Of a stretch of 64,000 bases of DNA, positions 1-11,879 are shown piece after piece. The number at the start of each line of letters is the position of its first letter. The first letter of the stretch is position 1. The translations under genes and the position numbers were made by a program. Below the pieces are notes generated by a model. That model saw only the letters and a program-made list of their open reading frames with translations, ran no database searches and had not been told where the DNA came from. This DNA comes from Eledone cirrhosa (taxonomy: Eukaryota): contig OZ024741.1 of assembly GCA_964016885.1 (NCBI GenBank), forward strand, positions 51,522,001 to 51,586,000. The letters are read 5' to 3'.

Positions 1-533
1 TCATACTTGAAAGCCCGTAGGTGCCAGTAAGGGCTGTTGGGGCTCGTCACACCGCGTACAGCTTCTCGCCGTCGACTGTTACGCTTGAACGTAGAACATT
101 GGTCGTGTGGTTGGTGGGAAGGTCTGGCAGCAATAGCAGAAGCAACATTTGCAATGCTAATGGACCGCCCGTCTGCAACTTCAGAAGCCATGGAAGTAGT
201 CATAGCCGCAGCGTCCGTAGGAAGGCGAGCCATCCGTTGTTTTAAACGTTCCAAAGACCTGGAAGCAGCATTAGTCGCAGCGTTTCTAGCCAGGCGCTTC
301 GACCTGTGTTCACGGCTCTCTGAAGCCCTGGAAGAAGCCTGGTATGAAGCTATTTTGGCTAGGCGTGCGGTGCGCTGTTGGAAACTTTCAGCGGCTCGAC
401 ATTCTGCTGAACGTAAGGCTGTCTTTGAAAGTTTTGTAGCATTTTCCTCAGAGGACTCGTTTGCTATAGTAGCCTTTTGCGCCACTGCTGATGCGGTATG
501 TCGACTGAGGCGACTTCTCTTTTTAGGTGGCAT
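1..533 (-). CDS. Helitron RepHel protein N-terminus (STPR-like repeats), 3'-partial
   Basis: ATG at 533 reads MPPKKRSRLSRHTASA...ANESSEENATKL...AAESFQQRTARLA...ASESREHRSKRLA...WHLRAFKY(D) with no stop to the window edge. The E(S/T)xExRxxRL repeats ending in AFxYD are typical of animal Helitron N-termini. Absent from the ORF track because no stop codon is in the window. Confidence 0.75.
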   Translation of the reverse strand, partial: MPPKKRSRLSRHTASAVAQKATIANESSEENATKLSKTALRSAECRAAESFQQRTARLAKIASYQASSRASESREHRSKRLARNAATNAASRSLERLKQRMARLPTDAAAMTTSMASEVADGRSISIANVASAIAARPSHQPHDQCSTFKRNSRRREAVRGVTSPNSPYWHLRAFKY

Positions 534-654
534 TTTATGTCCAAAAGAAAGGGTGAAAGTTACTTCTACAGAAAAATTGACTTTGAAAGTCTACTGTCTG
601 TTTATGAATATTGTTATTGTTGTTGTGATACAAATGTTAGTAAGTAAATGGGTA

Positions 655-1383
655 TCGAAAAATAAAGGGTGAAAGTTACTTCAACATAAAAATTGACTTT
701 GAAAGTATAAGGCTGATAATTGAATGTAAAAAGATTGATAAGAAAGCCCCCCCCCCCTCCAAAAAAAAATGTACAGGTATTTGTATGTATGTGTGTATTT
801 TTATGTCGAAAAGAAAGGGTTAAAGTTACTTCTACAGAAAAATATAGTTTGAAAGTGTAAGGCCGATGTGTGTGTAAATTAAGTGACAGGTATTTGTCTG
901 TATGTATGTATGTATGTATGTATTAAAGGTTGAAAGTTACTTCAACATAAAAATTGACTTTGAAAGTATAAGGCTGATAATTGAATGTAAAAAGATTGAT
1001 AAGAAAGGCCCCCCCCAAAAAAAAATGTACAGGTATTTGTATGTATGTGTGTATTTTTATGTCGAAAAGAAAGGGTTAAAGTTACTTCTACAGAAAAATA
1101 TAGTTTGAAAGTGTAAGGCCGATGTGTGTGTAAATTAAGTGACAGGTATTTGTATGTATGTATGTATGTATGTATGTATGTATTAAAGGTTGAAAGTTAC
1201 TTCAACATAAAAATTGACTTTGAAAGTATAAGGCTGATAATTGAATGTAAAAAGATTGATAAGAAAGGCCCCCCCAAAAAATGTACAGGTATTTGTATGT
1301 ATGTATGTGTGTATTTTTATGTCGAAAATAAAGGGTTAAAGTTACTTATACAGAAAAATTTAGTTTGAAAGTGTCAGGCCGAT
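655..1383. repeat. About 3 tandem copies of a 240-260 bp unit in the Helitron leader
   Basis: GAAAGTTACTTCAACATAAAAATTGACTTTGAAAGTATAAGGCTGATAA recurs at about 671, 932 and 1192. Confidence 0.9.
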
Positions 1384-1947
1384 CTCTTTATCATTATGTG
1401 CTATTGTTCTTTCTAAAACAAACTGTGTATGCGTTGATTGATTGAAATTCCCGCGTTCCTGTTTCTATGACGTCAATCGTAACCATACCAACATATATGT
1501 GTGTGTATGCACCCACATATATATGTGTATATGTTTTTTTTTCAATGTTTCTCTTTTTCACAAACACTTATAAGAGAAGGTAGCAATTTTAAGGGGAGGT
1601 GATGAATGGGAGTAGATATAGGAAACGTATATCATATGAGAGAGGTGAAATCATCGATTGTTGAAATAAATAGATTTTTCCGTAATTGTGGCATTTTTTA
1701 GCCAATGAGATCGCCCATGACCCAAGTTAGAATATTTGTAAACATTCTGCTTAATTATTCATTCAATATTTTTGGAATTGTGTAAATGTATAAAATTGAA
1801 ACATACATACAGACATAAAAATCTGCCTTTTATAGATAATGATATGTGTGGTTCACTGTTATATATATATATATGTGTGGTTCACTGTTATATATATATG
1901 TGTGTGTGGTTTACTGTTATATATATATATATATATGCGGTTCACTG

Positions 1948-1982
<35 letters not shown>

Positions 1983-2278
1983 TCACTGTTATATATATAT
2001 GTGTAGTTCACCGTTATATATATATGTGTGGTTCACTGTTATATATATGTGTGTGGTTCACTGTTATATATATATCTATATATGGTTCACTGTTCTATAT
2101 ATATATGTGTGTGGTTCACTGTCATATATATATATGTGGTTCACTGTTATATATATATATATATATGGTTCACTGTTATATAAATATATATATATGTGTG
2201 GTTCACTGTTATATATATATATATGTGGTTCACTGTTATATATATATATGTGTGGTTCACTGTTATATATATATATAT

Positions 2279-5200
2279 TGAAGCTATTGAAGAGATAAGA
2301 CACTTTCTCCTTATCTGCTAAAATGTGTCACTAGAGTTGATTTGGTTTCGTTCCAGCCACCCATCCATACAAATTTTAGAAGGTATCTTAGCTCTTATGA
2401 CGTTATTATTATTAATATTACTGCTGTTTTCTGCTGTATTATTTCGGATTTACCCTGTTTTTCTATTATTATTAATATTACTGCTGGTGGTGGATTGGCA
2501 GTATCGGTAGAGGGTCGGACGCAATGCTTTCCAGCATAGTTACGTCCCTTTACGATCTGAGTTCAAATCCCGCCGAGGTTGACTTTGCCTTTCATCCTTA
2601 CGGGGTCGATAAAATAAAGTACCAGTAATGCACTGGGTATTTGCTGGCCTTGTGCCTAAATTAGAAACAATTATTAATATTACTGCTGTTTTCTGCTGTA
2701 TTATTTCGGATTTACCCTGTTTTTCTGCTGTATTATTTCGGATTTACCATGCGGTCTTGAAGGCAACCCTCAGTGCCCCCCCCCCCCCCTCTCTATATCT
2801 CTCTCTACGATGGCTACCTTATCACTCGTCTTGAAGCTATTGAAGAGATAAGACACTTTCTCCTTATCTGCTAAAATGTGTCACTAGAGTTGATTCGGTT
2901 TCGTTCCAGCCACCCACTCATACAAATTTTAGAAGGTATCTTAGCTCTTATGACGTTATTATTCTGCTGTATTATTTCGGATTTACCATGCGGTCTTGAA
3001 GGCGAACTTCAGTGCCTACCTCACAATTTCCCTCCCGCCCACCCCCTCACACCTCAGCATGCCATTTCTACGGCTGCTGCTGCTGCTACTACTACTACTA
3101 CTACTACCTAACTAACTCTCTCCTCCCCTGTAGCAGCCCAACACACCCTGCCATTATCCCACCACCACTGTTCTTCTAGCCCTCAATTTTCCCACCGTTA
3201 TGGATGGATGAGCTGAGAATAAATTTGAGCAACTCTGAATCAATAGATGAAATATGAATCTGCGAGCTACCAAGCACCCACGTGAAGCGCCAACCCAGAG
3301 ACCCTTCCCTACGAGTGTCGACAAATACCCAAAACTCTGAGTTGGTACCATCAATGTAGGTTCAATGAAAGGAAGAGCAGGAGAAATCGTAGAAATGCTA
3401 GAGCGAAAGGAAATTGATGTATGCTGTGTGCAAGAGACTAGATGGAGAGGAGAGTCTGCCAGAGTCCTCGGAGGAAAAAGTCGGTGCTACAAATTTTTCT
3501 GGGTGGGAAATGACGATGGGATGGGTGGTGTAGGTATACTACTAGCTGACAAGTGGGTAGATAAAGTAATCTCAGTGTACAGGGTAAATGCAAGAATCAT
3601 TAAACTCAGACTAGTCCTGAATAAAACAATTACCACAATAATATCAGCTTACGCACCCCAATCGGGGCTGCCAGACGAACTTAAGGATAGGTTTTACGAG
3701 TCCCTAATGCACACTACTGCTCTAACAGATGACAATGACTTCCTAATCATCGCAGGAGATTTTAACGGACACGTAGGTAAACACTGCGACGGCTTCAATA
3801 GAGTACATGGAGGCCATGGGGTTGGCACAAGGAATGAGGAAGGATTCAGACTTCTAGAATTCTGCGACGCCAATGACATGTCGATATGTAACACAAACTT
3901 TAAAAAACCCAGCAACCACCTGATCACCTATAGATCAGGGGAGCACTCTAGTCAGTTAGATTTTATCCTCATCAGAGGACGTGACAGATGGACGGTCGTA
4001 AACACAAAAGCCTTCCCTAGTGAGGAATATACATCCCAACATAGCTTAGTTGTCAGCGACCTCACGGTCAGAACTAGACGAACCCGAAAACAGAGGCCAA
4101 CCTGGAGAAGAAAGATCTGGAAGCTGAAAGTCCCCTCAACCAGTAACAGATTTAAAGATATTTTACTCAACGCCTACGACAGTAAAGAACAACAGATAGA
4201 GACATTTAATGTAGAAGAGAACTGGGAGTTCCTAAAAAATAATTTACTAGAGGCGACGTATGAGGTCTGTGGCTGGAGTAAGACCTCAAGCAGGAGGAGA
4301 GTGACTTGGTGGTGGAACAATAAGGTAGATGAAGCAGTTAAGGCCAAGAGACAGGCATGGAAAGAATGGAAGAACGGGGGAAGCAGGGTACATTACATAG
4401 AGACCAAGAGGGAAGCTAGGCGACAAGTATACTTAGCTAGGAGGGAAGCAGAGGATAGCAAATTCAAGCATGTTTTGCAACGTGAGGACCAGAAACAGGA
4501 GGTATTCAAGATTGCGAGGCAGTGTGTCAGAGATAGTTGTGATGTCATTGGAGAGAAGTGTATCCGGAATGATAAAGGTGAGCTTGCCCTCACAAGTGCT
4601 GAGAAGAAAGATGCATGGAAGAGTCATTATGATAGATTACTAAATGAGGAGAATGCATGGGAAGAAGAGACCCTACCCCAAGTAGACCCTATAGAGGGAT
4701 CAGCAGTACAAGTCAGCAGCAACGTAGTAAGTAAGGCAATCAAAGATATGAAGATGGGGAAGGCAACCGGTCCATCGGGTATAGCTGCCGAGATGCTGAA
4801 GGCATCTGGGTCTGTAGGTCACACTATAACCACACGTATTGTTAACCAGGTAATACTAGAAGGTGCCATACCAAAAGATTGGTGCAGTAGCATCATTGTC
4901 AACTGCTACAAAGGTAAAGGCGATGTACTAGATAGAGGAAACTATAGACGTATAAAGTTGATGGACCAGGTCATGAAAGTAACAGAAAGAGTTATAGCAC
5001 AGTTGATTAGGGACCGGGTGAAAATAGACGAGATGCAATTTGGGTTTGTACCAGGAAGAGGCACCACTGATGCTCTCTTCCTTGTGAGGCAATTACAGGA
5101 AAAGTACCTAGCTAAAAGTAAGCCACTCTACTTGGCATTTGTCGACCTTGAGAAAGCCTTTGACAGAGTTCCACGTGCTGTAATCTGGTGGGCTCTTAGA

Positions 5201-6339
5201 AAACTAGGAGTAGATGAATGGCTTGTGAAAGCGGTACAAGCCATGTATAGGGGAGTGGTGTAGGTAGGAACTCCATTCTCTGCCCCAAATGCAAACAATG
5301 GGTACACAAGAGATGTAGCGGGATCTCAGGAAGCTTAATTAAGAATGTAGGCTTCACATGCAGCAGCTATGCTGAGACAGCAAGCAGCAAACAGCCACAG
5401 GAAACAAGTACCACCAATCTCTGGGAGGGCTCTGTAGAAACAGTAGACAGCTTCTGCTACCTAGGTGACCGAATTAGCAGCGGAGGTGGGTGTTCAGAAA
5501 GTACAATAACTAGGGTAAGAACGGGATGGAAGAAGTTTAGGGAACTACTACCACTGCTAGCTGCAAAAGGCTTCTCCCTCAGAATGAAAGGCAGACTGTA
5601 TGATGCGTATATCCGAACAACAATGTTGCATGGTAGCGAGACCTGGGCGCTGAAGGTGGAAGACTTACGTAGATTAGAGAGAAACGAAGCCTGCATGCTC
5701 CGATGGATGTGTAACAGTAATATACGTGAATGACAAAGCATAAATGAATTGAGAGAGAGACTGAGCATAAGAGGAATCAAATGCTGTGTGCAGTAGAGGC
5801 GGTTGCGCTGGTATGGACATGTGATGCGTATGAAGGATGACAGCTGCATAAAAAGGTGCAGAGCACTAGAAGTTGATGGAAACCGCGGAGTGGGGAGACC
5901 CAAGATGACATGGGATGAGGTGATAAAAGCCGACCTTACCCAATTACACCTCTCAAAGGCAATGACACACGACCGTGACTTCTGGCGTCACGCAGTAATA
6001 CAGAGTACCCGACCTCCCATGGGTACAAGCTGAAGCATATAGACAATATGCCCCCACACCCCCCACCGCAAGGTAGTCGTGGAGGTGCCACGGCAAAAAA
6101 GCACCCAGCCCACATTGTAAAGTGGACGTGTAGGCGCCACGAAAAAGCACCCAGCACTCACTGTAAATGAGGTTGGTGTTAGGAAGGGCATCCAGCTGTA
6201 GAAATCAAGCCGAATCAGTTCCTGTATGAGCAAGGCATGGTCAGCCGACCAGACACTGCCCACAACAGGACAACCCGTCTAACCCATGCTAGCGTGGAAG
6301 AACGGACGTAAAACGGTGATGATGATGATGATGATGATG
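2279..6339 (+). mobile_element. RTE-clade LINE, family A, near full length but defective
   Basis: APE endonuclease (DVCCVQETRW, GDFNGH, SQH) and N-terminal RT in ORF 3365-5263, with a (GAT)n tail. Relative to the copy at 19292-23421, about 344 bp including the YADD motif is deleted at about 5256, and there are premature stops. Confidence 0.93.
2487..2669 (+). mobile_element. tRNA-derived SINE with Meta-like core, inserted in the RTE-A 5' UTR
   Basis: A box TGGCAGTATCGG, B box GAGTTCAAATCC, core GACTTTGCCTTTCATCCTTACGGGGTCGATAAAATAAAGTACCA. 19-bp TSD ATTATTAATATTACTGCTG at 2468-2486 and 2670-2688. Confidence 0.85.
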
Positions 6340-6879
6340 ATATATGTGGTTCACTCTTATATATATATGTGTGGTTCACTGTTATATATATATATATGTG
6401 TGGTTCACTGTTATATATATATATATATATGTGTGTGGTTCACTGTTATATATACATGTGGGGTTCACTGTTATATATATATGTGTGGGGTTCACTGTTA
6501 TATATATATATATGTGTGGGGTTCACTGTTATATACGTGTGGGGTTCACTTTTATATATATATATATGTGTGGTTCACTGTTATATATATATATGTGTCG
6601 TTCACTGTTATATATATATATGTGGTTCACTGTTATATATATATATATATATATGTGTGTGTGGTTCACTGTTATATATATATATGGTTCACTGTTATAT
6701 ATATATGTGGTTCACTGTTATATATATATATATATGGTTCACTGTTATATATATATATATGGTTCACTGTTATATATATATGTGTGGTTCACTGTTATAT
6801 ATATATATGTGTGGTTCACTGTTATATATATATATATGTGTGGTTCACTGTTACATACTTATATATGTGTGGTTCACTG

Positions 6880-6913
<34 letters not shown>

Positions 6914-7012
6914 CGTTCACTGTTATATATATATGTGTCGTTCACTGTTATATATATATATATGTTTCGTTCACTGTTATATATATATATATATATGTGG
7001 TTCACTGTTATA

Positions 7013-7348
7013 TCATCATCATCACTTTATGTCCGCTTTTCCCTGCTTGCAAGAGTGGGACGGGAAACTGATTCTGGCTTGATTTCTACAGCTGGATGCC
7101 CTTCCTAACACCAACCTCATTTACAGTGAGTGCTGGGTGGTTTTTCGCCGTGGCACCTCCATGACAACTTTGCAGTGGAATGATATGAACCCCAGTCCCT
7201 ATCATCTCATTTCTACAGCTGAGTAAACTGGAGCAATGTGAAATAAAGTGTCTTGCTCAAGGAAACAACACATCACCCGGTCTGAGAATTGAACTCACAA
7301 CCTTTCGATTGCAAGCCCAATGCTCTAACCACTAAGCCATGTGCCTCC
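7013..7348 (-). mobile_element. tRNA-head/CORE-like SINE with RTE-A-derived 3' tail (octopus OR-type)
   Basis: Head GGAGGCACATGGCTTAGTGGTTAGAGC...GTTCAATTC, core TCCTTGAGCAAGACACTT, tail shared with the RTE-A 3' UTR, ending in (GAT)n. Confidence 0.85.
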
Positions 7349-7377
7349 TATATATATATATGTTTGTGGTTCACTGT

Positions 7378-7429
<52 letters not shown>

Positions 7430-7440
7430 TGTATGTATGT

Positions 7441-7500
<60 letters not shown>

Positions 7501-7797
7501 TTCACTGTTATATATATGTGTGTGGTTCACTGTTATATATATGCGTGTGGTTCACTGTTATATATCTATATATATGTGTGGTTCACTGTTATATATCTAT
7601 ATATATGTGTGGTTCACTGTTATATATATATATATGTGTGGTTCACTGTTATATATATATATATGTGTGGTTCACTGTTATATATCTATATATATGTGTG
7701 GTTCACTGTTATATATATATATATGTGTGGTTCACTGTTATATATATATGTGTGTGTGGTTCACTGTTATATACATCTATATGTGTGGTTCACTGTT

Positions 7798-8983
7798 CAT
7801 CATCATCACGTTTAACGTCCATCTTCCACGCTTGCATGGGTTTGGACGGGAGTTTTTCCACTTGAGGCAAGATTGGTTGTCCTGCTCGTATAGGACTGTC
7901 TGGCGGGTTTTATACGGCTGGATACCCTTCCTAACACCAACCACATTGTTCCTACACCATCTGTATTACTGTGTAGCACCAAAGATCTCGGTCCAGTGAC
8001 ATTGTCTTGGAGAGGTGTAAGTGTGTGAGGTCGGAATTTATCAAATCGTCCCAGGTTTTTCTGGGTCTGCCTACTCCGTGGCTACCGTCTATTTTTATCG
8101 CCCTGCACTTTTTTATACAGCTGTCGTCTTTCATGCGCATCACGTGACCGTACCAACGTAGTTTTCTCTCGAGTAAACAACATCTGATCCCTCTTATTCC
8201 TAATTTCTCTCTTAGTTCGTTTATGCTTTGCCGTTCACGTATATTACTATTACACATCCAGCGGAGCATGCAAGCTTCGTTCCTCTCCAGTCTGCGTATA
8301 TCCTCTGCACACAATGCCCAGGTCTCACTGCCATGTAACATTGCTGTTCGTATGCAGGCATCATACAGCCTGCCTTTCATTTTTCGAGAGAACCCTTTAG
8401 TGGCCAATAGTGGTATAAGCTCTCTGAACTTTTTCCATCCCATTCTGACTCTAGCTACTGTACTTTCAGAGCACCCTCCCCCACTGCTGATTTTGTCACC
8501 CAGGTAACGGAAGGTGTCCACTATTTCTATAGAACCATCTGTACAATGGAATGAGCTAGTATTCTGTGGACACTTGCTGCTACTTATTGCACCAGAGCAC
8601 CGGCCACATATAAAATCTATATTCTTAGTTAGCTTACCTGTGATCCCACTACATCTTTTATGCACCCATACTTTGCATTTGGGACATAAAATGGAGTTTC
8701 TGCTTACTCCTTTCCTACACACTGAGCATGGCCATTTCCCAGATGGGACCGGTGCCCTATTTTCCTTCCTACAAACTAGAACTTTAGTCTTAGACAAGTT
8801 AATTTTAAGGCCTTTTGATTCTAGGCCATGCTTCCATGTTTGGAATTTCTTCTCTAGTTCAGCCATTGATTCAGCTATGAGCATTAGATCATCTGCGTAT
8901 AGGAGTTCCCATGGGCAGCCGGTTTTGAACTCCTCTGTTATAGCCTGAAGGGCAATAATAAATAGTAGGGGGCTAAGAACGGA
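7798..8983 (-). mobile_element. 5'-truncated RTE LINE, family B
   Basis: ORF 7952-9028 reads SVLSPLLF...LLYADDL...PHD...YLG and is nearly identical to the C-terminal part of 12112-15390. (GAT)n tail at 7798. Confidence 0.9.
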
Positions 8984-10332
8984 TATATATGTGTGGTTCA
9001 CTGTTATATATATGTGTGTGTAATTCACTGTTATATATATGTGTGTGTGGTTCTCTGTTATATATGTATGTGTGTGTAGTTCACTGTTATATATGTATGT
9101 GTGTATATAGTGGTAGTTTACTGCTCTTCTTAAGTCATTCCCACCTTCATCAATGGTTAACTATGCCAAGCTGGTGTCACTTGTAAGATTATGAGGGTTA
9201 GCCGAAAAGTTCATAGGCTGACCAAGATACTCTCCTGGAATGACCATGAGATTTATTTTTCAACAAAGTCCCTGGATTCCAATTAAAGTCATTTAACAAA
9301 TAGAGCTCGATAAAATATGTGTTCGTCTTAAAAACAACAAATGCTGGGACTGATATGATTGACTAAATCCTTTGATGGCTATGCCCCAGCTTGGTCACAG
9401 TCGAGTAAATGAAACCAGTACAAGTATAAAAGATTATATGTGTTTGTGTATATATTTTGTTGTATTTTACATTGTAGTGTAAGGAGGTTGTAGTACACCA
9501 ATCGTCGTCCAGTCCAGCCCTTGTGACCACTACCAAAGAGAAAGATGTCAACTACCAAGGTTTATTTAACTCCCATAAGGCTGAAGGACCTGCTTTAATG
9601 CTGATGAACATATTGTTGAAGGCTGACAATCATACATTACCTGTTGATAAACTCTGCCAGGTTAGTCCTTTCCATCTCCTGACATATACAAGGGTTAGTT
9701 GAAAAGATCAAAGAAGGCCAAGCTACTCTCATGGAATGACCAAATGAGGCTTGTTTTTCAATGTAGTCTCTGGAAAGAAACAATGTAGTTATTAATAAGA
9801 AGAGCTGAAAGTAATGCATGCAATTTCACAGCTCTAGCATCACTCCTTCATAGACTGACCAAGATACTCTCATGGAATGACCAAATGAGGTTTAATTTTC
9901 AACATGTTCATAGTCAGCCTAATTTATCCAGGAAGACCATCATCCCACTCTATTCTAGATACTCCAATCTAAATCCTGACAAACCAGTCATAGCTCCCTA
10001 GACGTTGTTATCACCACAGTACTTCCCATTCTGCCAGAGGTCTCCCTTCTCATCCACCACCTCTCACCCTATCAAATCCCTCTACACATGGCAACATCAC
10101 ACTCCATCCATAGAGTAGAGAGGAGGGCTCGTCCATTAAATCAGTGACAACAACATCTCTAGTGACAGTGCCATGATGAACGCATTCTGTACACCCTGTA
10201 AAGTGGTTAGTGATAGAAAGGGTATTCTATAGAAAACTTTCCAAACAAATGTTTGGGAGGACTCTTCAGCTGTGTCAGTGACATGACAACTTTCCTAGTG
10301 TTGGTACCACAATCACCTACCCCACACCCCTA

Positions 10333-10687
10333 TCATCATCATCACCGTTCTTCCACGCTAGCATGGGTTAGACGGGTTGTCCTGTTGTGGGCAGTGTCCG
10401 GTTGGCTGACCATGCCTTGCTCATATGGGAATTGATTCTGGCTTGATTTCTACAGCTGGATGCCCTTCCTAACACCAACCTCATTTACAGTGAGTGCTGG
10501 GTGCTTTTTTCCGTGGCGCCTGCACGTCCACTTTATAGTGTGGGCTGGGTGCTTTTTTGCCGTGGCACCTCCACGACCACTTTGCAGCTTCAGCTTCAGC
10601 TTCGGCTTGTGCCCGTGGGGGCTCGGGTACTCTGTATTACTGCGTGACGCCAGAGGTCACGGTTGTGTGTCATCGCCTTTGAGAGGT
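10333..10687 (-). mobile_element. RTE-A 3' end fragment
   Basis: Matches 19292-19680. Confidence 0.85.
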
Positions 10688-10700
10688 ATATACATATACA

Positions 10701-10820
10701 CCAAGTTTAATATAGAAATGGTTTCTACAGGACTAGAACTGTTTCATTCAAAACTTCCTGATGATTTCTTTTGAATGAAAGAGTTCTAGTCCCTTAATAG
10801 CTATTTCTATATTAAACTTG
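10701..10820. mobile_element. Penelope-like inverted pLTR fold-back with degenerate hammerhead motif
   Basis: Arms GGACTAGAACTGTTTCATTCAAAA / TTTTGAATGAAAGAGTTCTAGTCC, with CTGATGA at 10758. Same family as the hammerhead at 48500-48550. Confidence 0.65.
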
Positions 10821-10916
10821 ATATTTACACTCTACTAATGTATTGAGTACCTTACTCACTGTGGTTACCCCCAATTGAACCCAGGACTCATATATATATA
10901 TATATATATATACATA

Positions 10917-11084
10917 CCGTATTTCTCGGTGCCGAAGACGCTTCGTCCACGAGGACACACCCTAATTTTGACAATCAAAAATTTGAAAAATAATAATAAA
11001 CAGCCTTCGGCCTCCAGGACGCATGGTAGATTTTTTAGACCTAATTTAGGAAAAAAGTAGTGTCTTTGATGCTGGGAAATACGG
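10917..11084. mobile_element. Tc1/mariner-pogo type MITE
   Basis: TIRs CCGTATTTCTCGG / CTGGGAAATACGG, flanked by TA on both sides. Confidence 0.75.
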
Positions 11085-11105
11085 TATATATATATATATA
11101 TAAAT

Positions 11106-11423
11106 GGAGGAACATGGCTTAGTGGTTAGAGCATTGGCCTTGCAATCGAAAGGTTGTGAGTTCAATTCTCAGACCGGGTGATGTGTTGTTTCCTTGAGCA
11201 AGACACTTTATTTCACATTGCTCCAGTTTACTCAGCTGTAGAAATGAGATGATAGGGACTGCAAAGTGGTCGTGGAGGTGCCACGGCAAAAAGCACCCAG
11301 CACTCACTGTAAATGAGGTTGGTGTTAGGAAGTGCATCCAGCTGTAGAAATCAAGCCAGAATCAGTTCCCGTCCCACCCTTGCAAGCATGGAAAAGTGGA
11401 CGTAAAATGATGATGATGATGAT
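11106..11423 (+). mobile_element. tRNA-head/CORE-like SINE with RTE tail
   Basis: Same family as 7013-7348, in the opposite orientation. Confidence 0.85.
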
Positions 11424-11879
11424 ATCCTTCCCATTCTACTTATAAATTACTTTAAATATATATAGTATGCTACTTGAAAGTCAAAAATCCGCTCCACCCC
11501 TTCACCCTCCTTGCTACTCCACGAGGGGCTGCGGTCAGCCACAATATCTCTCCCCCTTCCCCCCCCTCTCTTTCTTCCCCTCTATCTCTCTCTTAGCTAC
11601 ACACACACACATATATATATATAAGATAAGTTCTCCTTCATGTTTATTCACTTTCGCCAATCCACCGCTGCTTCAATTATCTCTATGATGTACTCATGTA
11701 AACCGTAAAGTACAAATTATTCTCTCCATTCCACGCTCAATTTCGTACATAGTCCAAATAAACATCCAATCTCGCAAAATCCGAAATCTGTATTTTTTGT
11801 TATCTATTTAAGGTTTAAATACGGTGTTTTTGTCGTATTGAACAGAACAAATCTTGCAGTTTTGCTTTTTGTTAAATCG

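Larger units (their letters stand above)
1..1836 (-). mobile_element. Helitron, 5' portion (continues off the left edge of the window)
   Basis: Minus strand begins A|TCTATAAAAGGCAGATTTTTATGTCTGTATG at 1836 (Helitron 5' TC after host A). It continues through an internally repeated leader into a RepHel-like N-terminal ORF. Confidence 0.75.
1843..9107. repeat. GTGTGGTTCACTGT(TA)n minisatellite split by insertions (segments 1843-2278, 6340-7012, 7349-7797, 8984-9107)
   Basis: The same 20-35 bp unit appears on both sides of the RTE and SINE insertions. The Y/I/C/V-rich ORFs here are artefacts of the repeat. Confidence 0.92.

Noticed and set aside
37-672. 211-aa plus-strand ORF
   Set aside because: It is the antisense shadow of the Helitron RepHel frame.
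6286-7999. Long Tyr/Ile/Cys/Val-rich ORFs
   Set aside because: They are translations of the (TA)n/(TG)n minisatellite.
11106-11180. Possible tRNA gene (also at 43570 and at Meta-like SINE heads)
   Set aside because: These are A/B-box heads of multi-copy SINEs with attached core and tail, and no complete cloverleaf is evident.
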